In this document: in pieces, positions 61,261 to 64,000 of the stretch
Layout: each line of letters starts with the position of its first letter
Numbering within the stretch: the first letter of the stretch is position 1
Assembly: GCA_964016885.1 (NCBI GenBank)
Contig: OZ024742.1
Span: 275,776,001 to 275,840,000, forward strand
Length of the DNA stretch: 64,000 nt
DNA from: Eledone cirrhosa
Lineage: Eukaryota
Direction of reading: 5' to 3'
The notes under the pieces: generated by a model
What the model was told of the DNA's origin: nothing
The model's database searches: none
The model's input: only the letters and a program-made list of their open reading frames with translations
Position numbers and translations under genes: made by a program

Positions 61261-63905
61261 GTGGTCAGAAGCAAAACACGTGCTCTAGGAAACGAAGGAG
61301 CGAAAGCTGTCAGCTGGGCCCGAGTGGCGGAGGCAAAAAGTAGCAACAGTCCACGATTCGGTCTTTGAAAGACCAAAACAGACGCGTGCTACTTGACCCC
61401 AAGCAAATGTGCGCGGCCTTTCAGCGGCACTTTGCGCGACTGTTTGAGCAGAACGACGGTGAGCCGAACGGGGCAATGGACTTTAGTTCATACCTCGATA
61501 GCCTGCCACGTCTCTCGAACACGGACGCCAAGGTCTGCGAAAGACCGATCACGGACACAGATACGGGACGCTCTGGGCCGCTGCGGGAAACGCAAGTCAC
61601 CCGGTCTAGATGGTCTACCCTACGAGTTTTACATAGGCATGCCAGACTTGTTCTCTGGCGTCCTCAAAGCTGTCTACTGCAATTGGCAGCAGAATGGGAG
61701 AATACCTAGTTCTGCAGGCAAGGGCGTAGTAACGCTGATCAGGAAAGACGAGAACAAGGGGGGCGAAATTAACAACTTCAGGCCCATAACTCTGCTCAAC
61801 ACAGAGTTAAAGATTTTGGCCAAGGTGCTAGCGACGAGGTTGGCGCTTGTTGTTGAGAACCTGGTAGGGAAAGCGCAAACGTGTGCAATCCCGACCAGGT
61901 CCATACACGACAACCACCACCTCATGCGATACATCATACAGAGGGTGGGTAGAAAACCCGGCTTCGGTGGGGCTCTGATCAACTTGGATTAGTCTAAGGC
62001 ATTCGATAAGGTCGACCATCGATACTTGGAAGCGGTTCTCAAGGCGGCCGGTTTCGGTCCCGTGTTCAGAGGATGGGTCGAGGCGATGCACACCAGCATC
62101 TGCTTGAGGGTCAAGGTGAACGGCTACCTATCAGAACCGTTCGCAATCACGCGTTCCATTCGACAGGGGTGCCCTCTCCTCCATTCTGTATGTATTGACT
62201 CTAGAGCCACTACTGCGAAAATTGGAGCTGTTGCAGGGCATCCCTCTAGAACCGGGACTGCGCAAAGCGGTGTCGGCTTATGCCGACGACGTGACGGTAA
62301 TGGTGTCGAGCACCTCGGAAATCGGGGTGATCGGCAACTTACTGAAATAATACGAAACGCTGACGGGAGTAAAACTAAACCCGGACAAGTCTGTCGGTTT
62401 ACAACTCAGTACGTGGAGAGGCAAACCGATGACGTCCGACAGCGTCGTTGGACGCTGGACGGACGGACTGGTGAAATTGCTTGGGGTCTGGTTCGGTCCA
62501 GATCTCTAGGTGGAGAAAAACTGGAACGAGGTCACGGCCAAGGTGTTTGCACTCACCCAGAAGTGGGCAGAGTGCAAACTGTCCTTGAAAGGTCGAGCGG
62601 ATGTGGCGAACACTTTCATAGCGTCCATCATCTACTACCGCTTGACTGTCGTGCCTTGTCCCCGTGAACATCTCGCCAAGATGGAACGCATGCTCTTCCA
62701 GTTTCTGTGGAAGAAGCAGGCTCCGCTGGTGAGGAGATCTGTCTGCTGTCAGCACCCTTCCAACGGAGGGCTGGGAATGCGGTGGCTGATGATGCGCAAA
62801 CATGCGCTGAGGCTACGGAATCTCCAGGTATTCCTCACCGACCTCCAACCGGTGTGGGCACCGTTTGTCAGACAGGCTTTCCCACAGCTTGTCTCGCTGA
62901 TAGAGCTGCAGTCCTGGGTGAAGAAAAGACCGAAAACGATGGGTGCCTGGCACATTGAATGCGCTCAGGCGCTAACAGTCCTCTGGCAAGTGGGCGCAGC
63001 AATCAGTGGAGACTCCACTTCGACATTCTATAGAGGGATTGTACGTTACAAGGGCGACGACGTGCTCAGAGAGACTCTGGGCATCGAAGACGATGAGCTC
63101 ACCAGTCTGTTTGGTAGGACTTTCCGCCCAGGACCTATGGACAACTTCCAGAGGTCCCTGGCCTGGCAGTGCTACCGAGGAGCTCTACCGGTTTCAACAA
63201 GATCTACAGGCACGCACGCCCCGGAAGGGATCCTTCCAAGAGGACGTGTCCAAGATGTGCGCAGGACATTGAAACAGTCCTGCACGCAATTGTACACTGC
63301 CCGGGCGTAACCAACCTGTGGAACTATGCAGAACAACTGCTGTCGCGTATAGGACAAATCCAGTTGACTGCCGAGTCCATAGTAAGGATCAAACCGCCAG
63401 CGTCTTTCAAAAACAAAAGAGAGGCGGTTTTCCTCTGTATGGTGGCTATGGTGAAAGAAGTTATATGGTGGACGAGGTTGAGAGGACTGAGGACAGATGC
63501 CTTTCTCTCTGGACAACAATTGATTCCTTTCTTTAAGTATCACTTTAGAAGGAGAATCAGGGTGGAGAGAGGCACTGCACCCCAGTAAATTTACTGAAAG
63601 GTGGGTGAATGAAGCGGAAATGGCCCGAGTGATTGGGCCTTCTCTGTTTATAAGCCTGTAGGTTGAGGAAGAGAGCAAAAGGAAGAAAGGATCACTTGCA
63701 CAACACGCTCCTGGAGTTGAGGGTTGTTCTATCGACGGAGTATAAAACAACCCATTTATGGCGCCTCCCCCCTATTGGGGATTTCGATTGTTGTAATTGT
63801 TTGTTTTTATATTTTTTACACGACTGTATGTAAAATCCCTGGCATGTCTTTGTATTGTCCCCTTTTCTTGAGCGCCCTTGTGGCTAATAAAGAAATATAT
63901 CTATC
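61261..63905 (+). mobile_element. 5'-truncated Tx1-like LINE (RT and C-terminal zinc finger, frameshifted)
   Basis: KSPGLDGLP, FRPITLLNTELKILAK, LD.SKAFD, RQGCP, AYADD and CPRC..ETVLHAIVHC. Flanked by (TATC)4 at 5' and ATATCTATC at 3'. Confidence 0.92.
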
Positions 63906-64000
63906 ATCATCATCATTTTACGTCCGCTTCAATATATCAAAGGGGTTCTGAACTAAGTGGGTACTGGAACCACATATTGGTAGACTCAAACTGTTGGAAT

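Larger units (their letters stand above)
37130..63925. repeat. Segmental tandem duplicate B of the ZNF block
   Basis: Collinear matches: 1-3330/37475-40150, 18735-20440/42270-45580, 25300-30500/45610-52310, 31430-33720/52320-59225. 63925-64000 matches 37128-37200. Confidence 0.9.

Overview
Eukaryotic, AT-rich, repeat-dense DNA. The KRAB-less tandem C2H2 zinc-finger genes and the SINE/RTE repertoire suggest a coleoid cephalopod such as Octopus (inference). The window holds two tandem copies of a duplicated block (A ~1-37130, B ~37130-63925), and a third copy appears to start at ~63925. Each copy carries one minus-strand poly-C2H2 zinc-finger gene (about 21 fingers, single coding exon) and has since gained its own transposon insertions. 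Recognisable elements: hAT/Buster, Tc1, piggyBac, AcademX, Helitrons, many RTE LINEs, three Tx1-like LINEs, a Penelope-like element, Vingi-like and CRE-like fragments, two SINE families and an LTR family. Main observations: (1) an LTR whose primer-binding site extends to 32 nt of tRNA-Trp with a substitution exactly at tRNA position 58, resembling fossilised reverse-transcriptase read-through of m1A58, with one copy inserted without a target-site duplication; (2) Penelope-type hammerhead ribozymes with long stem II and a palindromic stem III; (3) Tx1 elements associated with (TATC)n; (4) a PHD-like finger inside the RTE reverse transcriptase; (5) block-wise finger exchange between the two ZNF paralogs. 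All calls were made by eye with no database searches, and boundaries of decayed elements are approximate.
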